Of a stretch of 64,000 nucleotides of DNA, positions 50,503 through 64,000 are shown piece by piece; the stretch's first letter is position 1, and each line of letters begins with the position of its first letter. The notes under the pieces are model-generated. The model was not told where the DNA came from and searched no databases. It saw nothing but the letters and a program-made list of their open reading frames with translations. The DNA lies in contig NC_057759.1 of NCBI RefSeq assembly GCF_004010195.1, positions 1 through 64,000 of the forward strand, in the 5' to 3' direction. Source of the stretch: Chiloscyllium plagiosum (taxonomy: Eukaryota). Made by a program: the position numbers and the translations under genes.

Positions 50503-52654
50503 ATGTGAGATCCCATGTGGATCTGTCAGAATCTGCAAAGAAATGTAAAGTGGATGGTGATTCTGTTCCTGTCAGTCTGACTGAGGGAGATGTGTTTTGT
50601 GTCTGTGATACAGAAAGTGACTGTGGTATTGGCTCGGTTTCCTTTAGCTCGTTGTTGTGATTATGTGGGAGTGGAAGGGTGTGTTTGCAGCTCAGCATGT
50701 CTGTTTCTGGTCCTCTGTACGGGCTGGAATTAACGCAGAACTTGTCACTTTGTGAAAAAAAAACTTCAATCCATTTGAAATAATGATTACAGTTGTTGTC
50801 AAGTTACACGATCAACTGGAACCTGACCAGGTGTTTTCTACCCTTGGGGTTGATGTAACTCGTTCTCAATTGCACGGAGTTGAAGAGAAATGAAAAGAAA
50901 AAGTTTCAACGTAATATTTTTCTTGAGTCACGAGTTGAGTCACGTCTTGACTGTGGGATGGATATATTTCTGAGACCTTGACTTATATTGTGTGCTTTGC
51001 AAGTACCTGCAGTGTAACTGAACCACGTCGCTGCACTTTTCATTTAGGCGTTTTGCAGTCTCATGTAGGGATTTATAGAATTTCTCAGTCTTACGCGAAT
51101 ACCTGTTAACCAGCAACTGTTAGCATGCTATATATGTGTCACTTTAACTTTGTATCTGTCGTGTCCTCATTTACACATTTGACATTAACTCAACACCTGT
51201 CCACTGAGGCTCTGGTCCTCTGTGTAATAGTCAATTAGTGTTACTTCAAGAGAAGTTTTAATCAGTAGCCATCAAACACTGATGTAAGCGGTAAAACATT
51301 ACACGATTTGCCAGACACTTAGAAATATTCCTCCAATCTGTGTCCCTAGGAGAAAGTGAGGATTGCAGATGCTGGGATCAGAAGCTTATGCCCAAAACGT
51401 CGAGATGAAAGACTCGAAACATCGATTCTCCTTCTCCTCAGATGCAGCTTGACCTGCTATGCTTTTCCAGCACCGCACTCTCGACACCAATCTGTGCCCG
51501 TCTATTTCTGGGGTGTATTTTTGTAAACATTATTTCACAGTCTTTACATGTCAGTATGTTACTGGACTGTAACTTGTTGTTTTACCCTGTAGGTGTCATC
51601 CAATGACATAAGTATGTGTTTCATGTCGTACCTACAATTTTGAATGTACGAGATACCACTCTGGACAGACTCAGGTAGGACTCACTACCCTCCACTCTCA
51701 TACCCTATGAAAATCAATTTCTGCAAATTGAAGTTGAGTTTGTAATTCTAACTCCAGCATTTCAATAAGGAATAACTCTTTGTACATTGTTACCGACAAT
51801 ATCTGCAATGTCACTGCTGATGTTACATTGTTTCGTACTAGTTTATAGCTAATCAATAGTTGTATTATATCCTAACAATTTATTACTTTGCAAGTGACTC
51901 AGTATTTCATTCTGTAACTGCCAGTTTGTTGTTTCTAATCTTGTGTTTATTCAGTTTCAGTCAATCACAGGCATGTCAGAGAGCAAATATCTCAACATCT
52001 CAAAGTTTCTGACGAAATGGATGGTTAATCTTTTTTCACTCCAAGCCTGGTATGTCTCAGTAACTTATAACTGAATCAATTAGTATGTGATCTAATTGAT
52101 TCAGTTACAGATCAGTAAGTTACAGATAAAGTGCATGGTGAATGATGCCTCCCAATTCCTGTCATGCAGATAGTGTCTTTGCTGTAGTTATTAATTTCTT
52201 TCAGGCTTGTGTCACTTTAAATATCTCAGAGCAGAAGACCATTAGAAGCATGAGAAGTCTGTGGCATTTTCATCTGCCTGTGTGTACTCTGTCATGAGAA
52301 CAGATCACGAAGGCTTTAGTTATGATCTCTTCATCTCATTTTGATGTTTAGTACCCATAACCAAAGACTCTTATGTATCAAAAAAGATATATGGCTACAT
52401 TAGCATAAATTAAGCTGATAACCCAACCCGAACTGCTTTCCGTGAAACAGAACAAGGGGAGAATGTTCTACATTTCTTTCTGAGACAGAAAGCTTCCTGC
52501 TCAAAACTGTGTCCCTTACTCTGGATTCTCTCATGAGCAGTGACAATTTCCCAGCATTAACTCTGTCAACTCCCTTCAGATCATTTTCTTTTGCCCTAAA
52601 GGTCATACATTGTTCTTCAAATCACCAGTGAGAATATGCCCAACCATTTTATAC

Positions 52655-54790
52655 TAACAATGAGAGCCGATATATCAATCTACAGCTCTAAGTTTCTGCA
52701 ATGTGAATATGAGAGTGCAGGTATCACTCTGTCCCAGTAAGATTCTGCTATGCGCATACTTGAGTGGAGTTATCACCCTATACCTTTTGGTTTCTACTGT
52801 GTGAATATGTCAGTTTTTGCTCTGTGAATGTGATAGTTTAATTATCAATCTGTCCATGTCTGCTTCTGCATTGTTGAAATGTGAACATAGTTATCAATAT
52901 CTACCTGACATCTTCTGCTAAGTGAACATGTGGGGTCCGTATTGAAATATACTTGTCGCTTTCAGTGACACAAATGCATGAGTGTAGTTATCAATCTTTC
53001 CCTGTCAGTTTCTGCTTTGTGAATGTATTGATGTAGTTATACATCTAGAACATAGAAGAATACAGTGCAGTACAGGTCCTTTGGCCCTCGATGTTGCGCC
53101 GATCCAAGCTCACCTAACCTACACTAGCCCACTATCCTCCATATGCCTATCCAATGCCCGCTTAAATGCCCATAAAGAGGGAGAGTCCACCACTGCTACT
53201 GGCAGGGCATTCCATGAACTCACGACTCGCTGAGTAAAGAACCTACCCCTAACATCTGTCCTATACCTACCACCCCTTAATTTAAAGCTATGCCCCCTCG
53301 TAATAGCTGACTCCATAAGTGGAAAAAGGTTCTCACGGTCAACCCTATCTAAACCCCTAATCATCTTGTACACCTCTACCAAGTCACCCCTAAACCTTCT
53401 TTTCCCCAATGAAAACAACCCCAAGTNNNNNNNNNNNNNNNNNNNNNNNNNNNNNNNNNNNNNNNNNNNNNNNNNNNNNNNNNNNNNNNNNNNNNNNNNN
53501 NNNNNNNNNNNNNNNNNNNNNNNNNNNNNNNNNNNNNNNNNNNNNNNNNNNNNNNNNNNNNNNNNNNNNNNNNNNNNNNNNNNNNNNNNNNNNNNNNNNN
53601 NNNNNNNNNNNNNNNNNNNNNNNNNNNNNNNNNNNNNNNNNNNNNNNNNNNNNNNNNNNNNNNNNNNNNNNNNNNNNNNNNNNNNNNNNNNNNNNNNNNN
53701 NNNNNNNNNNNNNNNNNNNNNNNNNNNNNNNNNNNNNNNNNNNNNNNNNNNNNNNNNNNNNNNNNNNNNNNNNNNNNNNNNNNNNNNNNNNNNNNNNNNN
53801 NNNNNNNNNNNNNNNNNNNNNNNNNNNNNNNNNNNNNNNNNNNNNNNNNNNNNNNNNNNNNNNNNNNNNNNNNNNNNNTCTGCAATCTCCTCCCTTGCTT
53901 CCCAGAGAATCCTAGGATAAATGCCATCAGGCCCAGGGGACTTATCTATTTTCACCCTTTCCAGAATTTCCAACACCTCTTCCCTTCATACCTTAAAGCC
54001 ATTCATTCTACATAATTGTGACTCAGTATTCACATCAGCAACAATGTCCTGTTCCTGAATGAATACTGACGAAACGTATTCATTCAGTGTCTCCCCAATC
54101 TCTTCAGCCTCCACACGCAACTTCCCACTACTATCCTTGACTGGACCTATTCCTACCCTAGTCATTCTTTTACTAATCTGTACTAATGAAGGGGCTTTTC
54201 ACCAAAACGTCAATTCTCCTGCTCCTTGGATGCTTCCAGACCTGCTGTGCTTTTCCAGCATCACACTTTCTAGTCTAATCTCCATCATCTACAGTCCTGA
54301 CTTTTGCCCATCCATCTGTACCTGTCAGTTTCTGATCTGTGAATATGGAAATGTAGTTATTGATCTGTCCATCAGTTTCTCCAATTTGAATATGACAACC
54401 TATTTATCTATTTCTCCCGGTGAGTTTCTGTGATGTGAAGATGACAGTCCAATTATCTATCTGCCCCTGTCAGATTCTGCTGTGAGAATATGAGAGTGTC
54501 ATTACCAGTCTCTACCTGTCAGCTTTTGCTATGTGAATGTGATGTTAGTTATCAATCTGCCTCATTCGGTTCTAGGTGAATGTAAGAATGTAGTTATTAT
54601 AAACCTGTGAGATTCTGCTCTGGGAATATGTGAGTGTATTATCAAAATGTACCTGTCTGTTTCTGCAATGTGAATGTGTTTGTGCAATCATCAGTCTATC
54701 CCTGACAGCTTCAACCATATGTATGGATGAGTGCATCTGTACCTGAAAGTATCTGTACCTGTCAGTTTGTGTTCTGTGAATAAATGAGTG
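52655..54790 (+). repeat. Diverged ~45-50 bp minisatellite (gtgaatatgagagtgtagttatcaatctgtccctgtcagtttctgcta), split by the CR1 at 53045-54175
   Basis: Recurring gtgaat..gtagttatcaatct..ctgtcag..tctgc units on both sides of the LINE; about 2 units also at ~39085-39190. Confidence 0.75.
53045..54175 (-). mobile_element. Young CR1 of the same subfamily as 7745-10768, gap inside
   Basis: Identical KSPGPDGIYPRILWEAREEIA segment; 3' tail ttctatgttct. Confidence 0.92.
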
Positions 54791-54897
54791 TACGTACACA
54801 TTTGTCTCTGTTTAACATGACACTTGCAGAAACTGCAGGAGCTCTTTTTACTTCAAATCTCTGTTGCTCAACATGAATAAGATTTCATCTATTGCGA

Positions 54898-55220
54898 TCA
54901 GCAGGGTGGCATAGTGCTGCCAGGAATGCAGATTCAATTCCAGCCTTGGTTCATTACGTGGGAGCAGTTTGCATGTTCTGCCCATGTCTGCATGGGTTTC
55001 CTCTGGGTGCTCCAGTTTCTTTGCATGGTCCAAACATGTTTAGGTTTGCTGGATTAGCCATGGTAAATTGTCCTGTATTATTCAAGGATGCACAGTGTCA
55101 GTGGGTTAACTACAGTAAATGTGGAGTTATGGGGTCTACATCTGGATGGGATCCACTTTGGTGAGTTGTTGCTGGGGGATGGGCCAAATGAACTCTATCT
55201 GCATCAGAGAAATTCTATGT
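54898..55220 (+). mobile_element. Old diverged HE1-like SINE
   Basis: tttgcatgttctgcccatgtctgcatgggtttcctctgggtgctccagtttc core. Confidence 0.7.
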
Positions 55221-58200
55221 ACTGTAATTGAAAGTAAGACTTTTAAAATACCATTTTCAGTCTCTGATAGCGTAAAGCAGTTTGGATAATTTCCACAACT
55301 TTTATTCTATGGTACAGGTTATGATTGTAAGTTATATTCTGAATGTGCATTTTGAACTTATTGTTCACGTTTATAACAAGACCACTTTATAAGGGCTTTT
55401 TGCATTCTGTATACAATAACCTTTGGGGATCTGTCTAAATGTGTACCTTTTCATATTAATATTTAATTTTCCTTTGGAGCACTTGAAACAAAGTATTCAT
55501 TCAGTCATTTTGTATGAGATGTGTTCTGTTTTCATTTTGTGGAAACAAATTAAATTGCAATATTTGTTTCAATCTGATTCTTGGCATGCTAGCTAATTCC
55601 TTCAGTTTGGACAAACGGAATTGATACATGAATTATGTACAGTCATAGAGTCAGACAGCAAGTTTAAACCATATGAGATAATTGGAGGAATAATTAGCCT
55701 GAATACTTATTTACTACTTTCCCTATTGAAGTGGAATATATTGTTAGCATTCAATAGGTTCAGTATTTCCAAATAAACAAGTGGAGTTTACTTTTTGACC
55801 AATGTGATACTATGCATTAAAATTCTATAGGAAGTTATCTTATACACTGGGACTGGCGTACTTCACTCTTACCTTTCCTGTTTAATTTAAGGAAACGGTA
55901 GCTCTCCCAACCATGATATCCTAATAGGCTTGATTTTTCTATTTTTGCCTACGGACCTATTAACCTGACAATATTTCTGTGTTTTGCAAATTATTCTGTA
56001 CCCACTGTGTATGGCACCATCTCACTCTTTGTTGTGTCCAGAAACCATCAGTTTCCTTTAAGTCCTTCATTACATAAATAAGGACAATAACTGGTGCAGT
56101 CTGCAACTATTTGTTCTTCTCTGTGAATGCAGAACTAATCTTGTTTCTTCCATTCACTTGTACGGTTCACAGACTGTCAACAGATTAGAGCCATGTTGTC
56201 TGGTGAAATACTTGGAAACTAAAAATTAATGCTGACTACTTGGGCTGTTGTGTACATGCACTGATTTTATGTATAAAAATGATTTTTGAAAGAAACAGTT
56301 GTTATGATACAGGAAGGATGCCCACACTCGATTGATCCTGCTTCAATCTTCCTGCATTGTGCTACTGAGCAGTTTAAATGTTTACTGTTAAATGGACAGC
56401 CAGTTAGCAAAGGAGAGTTTTCAGTTCATGTTTCCTGAAGTGAATGGGAAAGATCTTATTTTCTTTGACTGTATCTGTAGGATTCACAGACAAGTGAAAC
56501 CACAGCACATTGTCACAGAACGGATCTGTGCTGTTCTTCAGAGTCAAGAAGGTAAAAGCAATGGACCTTTGCACCTCTGATAGTGTAGAGTCTAATTGGG
56601 AGTAGTGATACCAGAGAGTCACACAGTTATACGGCACAGAAACAGATCCTTTGGTCCAAGTTGTTCAGCTGACCAGAGATCCTAATCTGACCCTGTCCCA
56701 TTTAAATTAAGAATCTCAACACCAGGTTATAGTACAACAGGATTATGTGGAAGCACTGGCTTTCAGTGATGAAGGAGCAGTGCACTGAAAGCTAGTGCTT
56801 CCAAATTAACCTGGTGTACGACAAATTGGAGTTGTGTGATTCTTAACTTTGTCCACCCCAGTCCAACACTAGCACCTCCACATCATGGCTAGTCCTACTT
56901 ACCAGCATTTGGTGAATATCCATCAAAACTGTTCCTATTCTTGTATATATCCTGGTGCCTATAAAAGGTTGTAATTGTACCCACCACCTCCACTTCCTCT
57001 TGTAACACATTCCATACAAGCACCATCCTCTATGTGATAAAGTAACTCTACAGGCCCTTTTAAAATCTATTTTCCACAATTCAAACCTGTGCCGTCTTTT
57101 TTGCACTCATCCACATTTGGAAAAACACCTTGGCTATCACCATATCATGCCCCTCGTGATTTTCTCAACCTGTACAAAGTGCACACCTCATTCTCAGACA
57201 GTCCAGGGAACAAAGCAACAACCTGTTCAGCCTCTCCCCCTAACTCAAAACCTCCAGTCCTGGCAATGGAACTTCCTGATGAGAGTAGTGCAGTTGACAT
57301 GGTTTACATGGACTTCTGTAAGGCCTTTGTCGAAGCATAACCCTTGACCGGGGAGGAAAGACTAGGCAGGCAGCATTCAGGCAAGTGGTAGGTGCTTATT
57401 CAAGCAGAAATGGGTTAGTCGATATCATGTTCCTAACCAGGCCTTCCCTGTTAGGCCTTTTGCATTGAAAATAATGCAGTTTAGTTTATCAGTCCTGCCT
57501 TGTTCTCGGCTTTGTCCCTGCCTGCCTTAACTGTTTGACTGACCTTTGTTCTCAACAGTACCAGTTTCAGATTGATCTCTTTCCTCACAATCTCCCTGGG
57601 TCCCACCCCCACCTTACTAGTTTAAATCCTCCCAAGCAGTTCTAGCAAACCTACCTGCCAGTATATTAGCCCCCTTCCAACTTAGGTGCAACCTGTCCTT
57701 CTTGCACAGCTCTTTTCTTTACTCAGAGTAATTGAGGCGTGGAATATTCTGCCTACAACTGCAGTAGACTTGCCAACTTTAAGGGCTTTTAAATGGTCAT
57801 TGGATAAACACATGGATGAAAATGCAATAGTGTACTGCGCTGTCATGTTCTAAGTTCTATTATCTCACTAAATCTTTTGTACTCTTGTTTCAAATTACGA
57901 TTATGTGATTGCATTGAGTATTTGAGAGAATGGTATTGAGTTTCTTGCATTTTTTTTCAGATTTCATAGGAATGCAGGGCTATTTGGAGAAGATGAAAGC
58001 TAATTTGAAACAATGGCGCACAAGATGCCTTTTTTATGAAGATAAGAGTCATTAAAAAAATCTGTTCCTGCAAGTTGGAGAAATGGAGAATGATGTTGTG
58101 ATAAAGGTGGGGATGGCAGCTCCTCTGCCATCATGATACATTGATGGAAATGGAATGCTGTCTGAATGGGAGTGGAATTGTTAGCTGGATGTTTCTGACT

Positions 58201-58564
58201 GCTGCAGACCACAATGAGTTCATGGGAGAGTGATATTCATTTCGATTTTCTGTTGCCTGCAGTGTATATGGAACTCCATAACTGTTAATCCTGCTCTGCA
58301 GTTATGATGGTTGTATTTTGAACTAATGCTCAATTAGTCAGTTGCTGTGTCGGTGTGTGTGTGCCTACAGTAATTATTCTCTATGGTCAGGAATAAAAAC
58401 AAATTCCTGGAGAAACTCAGTTCTAAATAAGTTACTGGCCCCAAAATATTAACTCTGTTTTCTCTCCACACATACTGTCAGACATGCTGAGTTTTTTTTC
58501 AGCACTTTCTCCTTTTGTTTGCAGCCTCTAGCATCTGCAGTTTTATTTGTCAGGCTTTGGCACA

Positions 58565-58877
58565 GTGGGTGGCACAGTGGTTAGCACTGCTGCCTCACAG
58601 TGCCTGAGACCCAGGTTCAATTCCCGCCTCAGGCGACTGACTGACTGTGTGGAGTTTGCACGTTCTCCCTGTGTCTGCGTGGGTTTCCTCCGGGTGCTCC
58701 GGTTTCCTCCCACAGTCCAAAGATGTGCAGGTCAGGTGAATTGGCCATGCTAAATTGCCTGTAGTGTTAGGTAAGGGGTAAATGTAGGGGCATGGGTGGG
58801 TTGCGCTTCGGCGGGTCGGTGTGGACTTGTTGGGCCGAAGGGCCCGTTTCCACACTGTAATGTAATCTAATCTAATC
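58565..58877 (+). mobile_element. HE1-type SINE
   Basis: Near-identical full-length copy. Confidence 0.9.
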
Positions 58878-59204
58878 AGAATGGGTGTTTGGAATTCACA
58901 TTATTTAATTATCATGTGACTATATATGACAACTATTCATTAAAGGGTTAACTCTGTCCTGCCCAAACACTAATAAACTTAATAACACAGTTTCATCCTG
59001 TAAATTGGTGACTTTTGTCTGGTTTCCTTCTATCTCTGTATTTAACATCTGTGTTATATATGGTTTTTGAAATGATGTTACAGTCTGATTTTCTTTATCA
59101 TCTTGATTTTAACTTTAAAAATGTCATATTAAATGTAGATTTAATGCCTTTGCTGGGCATCTATTTCAGGTAAGAATTCTGAAAAATGGTGTAAATATCA
59201 ATGG

Positions 59205-61870
59205 ACTTGATAATATTAGGAAGAACTTTCAAACTTTGATTGGCAGCAGATGCTCGCAGGTAAAGGGATGGCTAGAAAATGGGAAACCTTTAAAAATGAG
59301 ATAACAAGAGTCCAGAGACAGTCTGTTCCTGTTAGGGTGAACGGCAAGTCTGGAAAGTGTAGGGAATGTTGGATGATGGAGAAATTGAGGTTTTGGTCCA
59401 GAGAAAGGAGGAAACATATTTCAAGTATAGACAGCAGAGATCAAGTGAATCCTTAGAAGAGGAAAAGGCAGGAGTATAATTAAAAGGGAAATCAGGAGGG
59501 CAAAAAGGGGAAATGAGATAACTTTGGCAAACAGGGTGAAGGAAAATGCCAAGGGATTTTATGAATACATTAAGGACAAAAGGGTAACTAGGGAGAGAAT
59601 AGGGCCCCTCAAAGATCAACAAGGCTGCCTTTGTGTGTAGCCACAGAAGATGGGGGAGATACTAAAAGAGTATTTTGCATCACTGTTTACTGTGGAGAAG
59701 GACATGGAAGATATAGAATGTGAGGAAATAGATGGTGACATCTTGAAAGATGTCCATATTACAGAGGAAGAAGTACTGGATGTCTTGAAATGCATAAAGG
59801 TGGATAAGTCCCCAGGACCTGATCAGCATATCCTAGAACTCTATGGGAAGTTACCAAAGTGATTGCTGTGTCCCTTGCCGGGATATTTTTATCAGGATAG
59901 TCACAGATGAGGCGTCAGAAGACAAGAGGTTGGCTAACATGGTGATACTATTTAAGGAAGGTGGTAAGGAAAAGCCAGGGAACTTTATGCTGGTAAGCCT
60001 GCCATCGGTGTTGAGCAAGATGTTGGAAGGAATCCTGAGGGACAGAATTTATACGTATGTTGAAAGGCAAGGACTGATTTGGGACAGTGAACATGGCTTT
60101 GTGTGTGGGAAACCATGACTCACGAACTCAATTGAGTTTTCTGAAGAGGTAACGAAGAGGATTTCCCCATGGGAGACTGGTTAGCAAGGTTAGATCTCAC
60201 TGAATACAGGGAGAACTCGCCTTTTGGATACAGATCTGGCTCAAAAGGTAGAAGACAGAGGGTGGTAGTGGAAGGTTGTTTTTCAGACTGGAGGCCCGTG
60301 ACCAGTGGTGTGCTATAAGGATCAGTGCTGTATCCACTACTTTTCGTTGTTTATATAAATGATTTGGATGTGAGCATAGGAGGTACAGTTAGTAAGTTTG
60401 CAGGTGACACCAAACTTGGAAGCGTAGTGGACAGCGAAGATTACCTCAGATTACAATGGAATCTTGATCAGATGGGCCAATGGGCTGAGAAGTAGCAGGT
60501 GGAGTTTAATTCAGATAAATGCGAAGTGCTGCATTTTGGGAAAACAGATCTTAGCAGGACTTATACACTTAATGGTAAGGTCCTAGGGAGTGTTGCTGAA
60601 CAAAGAGACCCTGGAGTGCAGGTGCATAGTTCCTTGAAAGTGGAGTCGCAGGTAGATAGGATAGTGAAGCAGGCGTTTTGTATGCTTTCCTTTATTGGTC
60701 AGAGTATTGAGTACATTTTGCAGCTCTACAGCACATTGGTTCAGCCACTTTTGGGATATTGCATGCAATTCTGGTCTCCTTCCTATCAGAAGGATGCTGT
60801 TCAGAAAAGACCTACAAGGATGTTGCCAGGATTTGAGCTAGAAGGAGAAGTTGAATAGGCTGGGGCAGTTTTCCCTGGAGCATCGGAGGCTGACGAGTGA
60901 CCTTATAGAGGTTTATAGAACCATGAGGGGCATGAATAGGAGAAATACACAAAGTATGTTCCCTGGGATGGGGGAGTCCAGAACAAGAGGGCACAGGTTT
61001 AGGGTGAGATGGAAATGATATAAAAGAGACCTAAATGGCAAGGTTTTCATGCAGAGGGTGGTAGGCGCATGGAATGAAATGCCAGAGGAAGTGGTGGGGG
61101 CTAGTACAATTGCAAATTTTTTAAAAGTATCTTAATTCATATACGAATAGGAAGGATATGGACTGGATGCTGGCAGGTGGACTAGATTGGGTTGGAATAG
61201 CTGGTCAGCATGGACAAGTTGGACCGAAGGGTCTGTTTCCGTGCTGTACGTCTCTTTGACTCAATGATTGATGAGAGTAGAGCGATGGACATGATCTATG
61301 TGGGCTTCAGTAAGACGTTTAACAAGTTTCCACATTGTAGACTGGTTAGCAAGGTCAGATCTCATGAAAATCGGGGAGAACTAGCAATTTGGACACAGGA
61401 TTGGCTTGAACGTGGAAGACAGAGGGTGGTGGTGGAGGGTTACCTTTCAAACTGGAGACCTGTGAGCAGTGGTGTGCCACAAGGATCGGTGCTGGGTTCA
61501 CTGTTTTTCATTACTAATATGAATGATTTGAATGTGAACATAAAAGGTTTGCAGATGGCACGAAAATTGGCATAGTAGTGGACAGCAAAGAAGGTTCCCT
61601 CAGAGTACAACAGGATCATGATCTGATGGGCCACTGGGCTGACCAGTGGCAGATGAAGTTTCATTCAGATCAATTTGAGGTGCTTCATTTTGGAAAGGCA
61701 CATCAAGGCAGGGGTTATACACTTAATGCTAAGGTCCTGGGGAGTAATGCTGAACAAAAAGACCATGGAGTGCAGGTTCATAATTCCTTGAAAGCAGAAT
61801 CTCTGGTTGATAGGATACTGCAGAAGGCATTTAGTATGCACTTCTTTATTGGTCTGAACATAGAATATAG
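59205..61870 (+). mobile_element. Degenerate CR1 ORF2 (59205-61265) followed by a second RT fragment
   Basis: KSPGPDQ, KCEVLHFG, YCMQFWSP, GVPQGSVLG. Confidence 0.9.
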
Positions 61871-64000
61871 GGGTTCTGGATTAGTGGTGCTGGAAGAGCA
61901 CTGCAGTTCAGGCAGCATCCAAGGAGCAGTAAAATCGATGTTTCGGGCAAAAGCCCTTCATCATTCCTGATGTCCATGAATCTATTGTTGATTGCCAGAA
62001 AAACTCATCTGGTTTAGTAATGTCCTTGAATGAAGGAAACTGCTATCCTTCCCTTGTCTGGCCTGCATGTGACTCCAGACCCACATCAATGTGGCTGCAT
62101 AGATAGTTAGGGATGGGCAATAAATTCTGGCCGAGTCCGTGATGCCCCCATCCCATGAATGAATTAGAAAAATATTCTGTGACTGTGATTCAATCTGTGA
62201 TAATAGTGTTTAGGGTGTTGAGATTGGGCCCTAATCTCTTATGCATTTTGTGACTTATGATTAAATCACAGAATTGGTACAGCCATTCAGCCTGTTGTGT
62301 CTGCACTGGGACATTCTATTCTTATTCGGTTCTTCATAAGAGTTTCCACTAATTGTTGGGATTCTAATCGTCTTTCACTCACTGCCAGTGTCTCGGTGTA
62401 AATGCCAATTTGAGATTAGTTCTGCAGTTATCGGCCTTTGAATACCTATTGTGCCAGTTTTGCTCTGTGTGCAACAGTGATGAGTCGAGTATGTGGATGC
62501 CATTCTCTTTCTATGTTCAGTTGTGTTTTTTCAGCAGGGTGTAGGATAAACCCATTCAATATTTGATAAACCTGTGTGATTGAGGGATTAATGTTGGTTC
62601 AATACTTATCTTTGCCAAGAATCTGAATTTTACTGTATTCAATCTCAGTTTTCTTTTTATATTTTGTGCATGCAGTAGTCTTTGGCAGTTGCTGTTGGGC
62701 ACTGCAATAATGTAACATCTAATACTAACATCTTCTGAAGTGATTAATTATTTGGTCAGTCAATTTATGACTGCCCATATCTGGAAGTAATTGTGGGCCT
62801 AAATTGTACTTTTTCCCTTTTACCATTAACTGGCTGAGTGAGAGTGAGGTTTCTGTTGTGCTGCCAATCTGTATCACTTTGAAGAGTGGTACTGGCCTAT
62901 ATAACACCAACATTGTCTGTATGTCTCTGTGATTCCAGTTCCACAAGTCATAACTTGATACACTTTATAAGGTGAGTTTAATGTCTTATCAATCAGTGTT
63001 TCATACATTAAACAAAATATGGAAATGCTTCTGCATTAGTCAGGCCCTCAACCAGAATGGGAGCGTGCATAAAGCCTGAGTGAGAATGAAAGAGACAGAG
63101 ACAGACACAGATGTGTATGTACGTATGTGAATGAACATTTAGCATCTTCTCTAGAAGCATCCTCTGTCGTTCAGGCTTGACCAAGAGGTTCATTTGAAAT
63201 TTACATTGTTTGATTATTGTCTTTATACAGGACAACTTTTTATCAAAAGAATAATTTTGTTCTGCTCAGTTACTCCAACTTTGCTTCTATATCTGAACTC
63301 AATATCTACTTCATATATATATTATATTTGTTATAACAATGTAACAGCATGATCAATTTGTTCATATTGATGTAATTTAAAAATACCAAATCTATGTATG
63401 GATTTAATGCAGGTCATTAAATGTATATTTATTATAAGCATACAGTCTAAACTGCTTATAATCTTATGAATGATAATTGGCTTTGAATAATTGGAATTTG
63501 CCATCACTGAGGTGGTATGCACTGAGAAGAGGGCAAAATAATATAGATTTATATATCGTCAGTTGTGTTTAACTCTTGGATTGAATCTCAATGTGTGTCT
63601 GACTCAATCCACTCAGACAGAGGAAAGGACATTCTCCTCTCTTACAATGATAACATACCTGCTGGGTGTGAGAAGCAGCTGGTCACACTTGGATTGGTCC
63701 ATCAAATATTTGCCTGGAGAAAGACAAAAAGAAGAGAGCTCCTGTACATCACTAGCAGCCAAGTAGGAAGATGTCAAATGACCAAAGCAATATTCAGGTC
63801 ATGATCATTATAGTTCTTTGTTTCTCCATCCCTTTGAGAAAGCGGTGGTGAGCCACCTTCTGGAACAGCTGTTGTCCATGTGCTGCCCACAATGCCATGA
63901 GCACAGAGTTCCAGGGTCTTGATCCAGTGACAGTGAGAGAAAGCGGTTTTATTTCCAAGTCAGCATGGTGAGTGCCTTAGAGGGGAACTTGTCCGATATC

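Noticed and set aside
51593..51674. Isolated plus-strand exon-like unit (tttaccctgtag|...CAG|gtagga)
   Set aside because: No partner exons and no recognisable peptide

Overview
Repeat-rich vertebrate genomic DNA, most likely from a shark or other elasmobranch (inferred from HE1-type tRNA SINEs, HER1/CR1-type LINEs and Penelope elements), with three large N-gaps. The most notable element is not assembled in the ORF track. It is the 3' half of a minus-strand spliced gene for an inhibitory immunoreceptor, with four phase-compatible exons at 12650-12507, 11876-11811, 5047-5022 and 676-512. These encode an uncharged TM helix and a tail with three ITIM-type tyrosine motifs (IVYSVV, VTYASL, SIYQNI), in an FCRL-like layout; no ectodomain exons were found. 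Upstream of the TM exon lie a CR1 and a ~15 kb satellite built from a 17+17 bp dimer containing TTTAGGG. The right half holds a small replication-dependent histone locus (an intact H2B and an internally deleted H2A that keeps its promoter and stem-loop), a tRNA-Thr pseudogene, a decayed Gmr1-like Gypsy element, a candidate spliced non-coding transcript, and three diverged copies of a local segment. Repeat family names come from recognition only, not database searches, and repeat boundaries are approximate.
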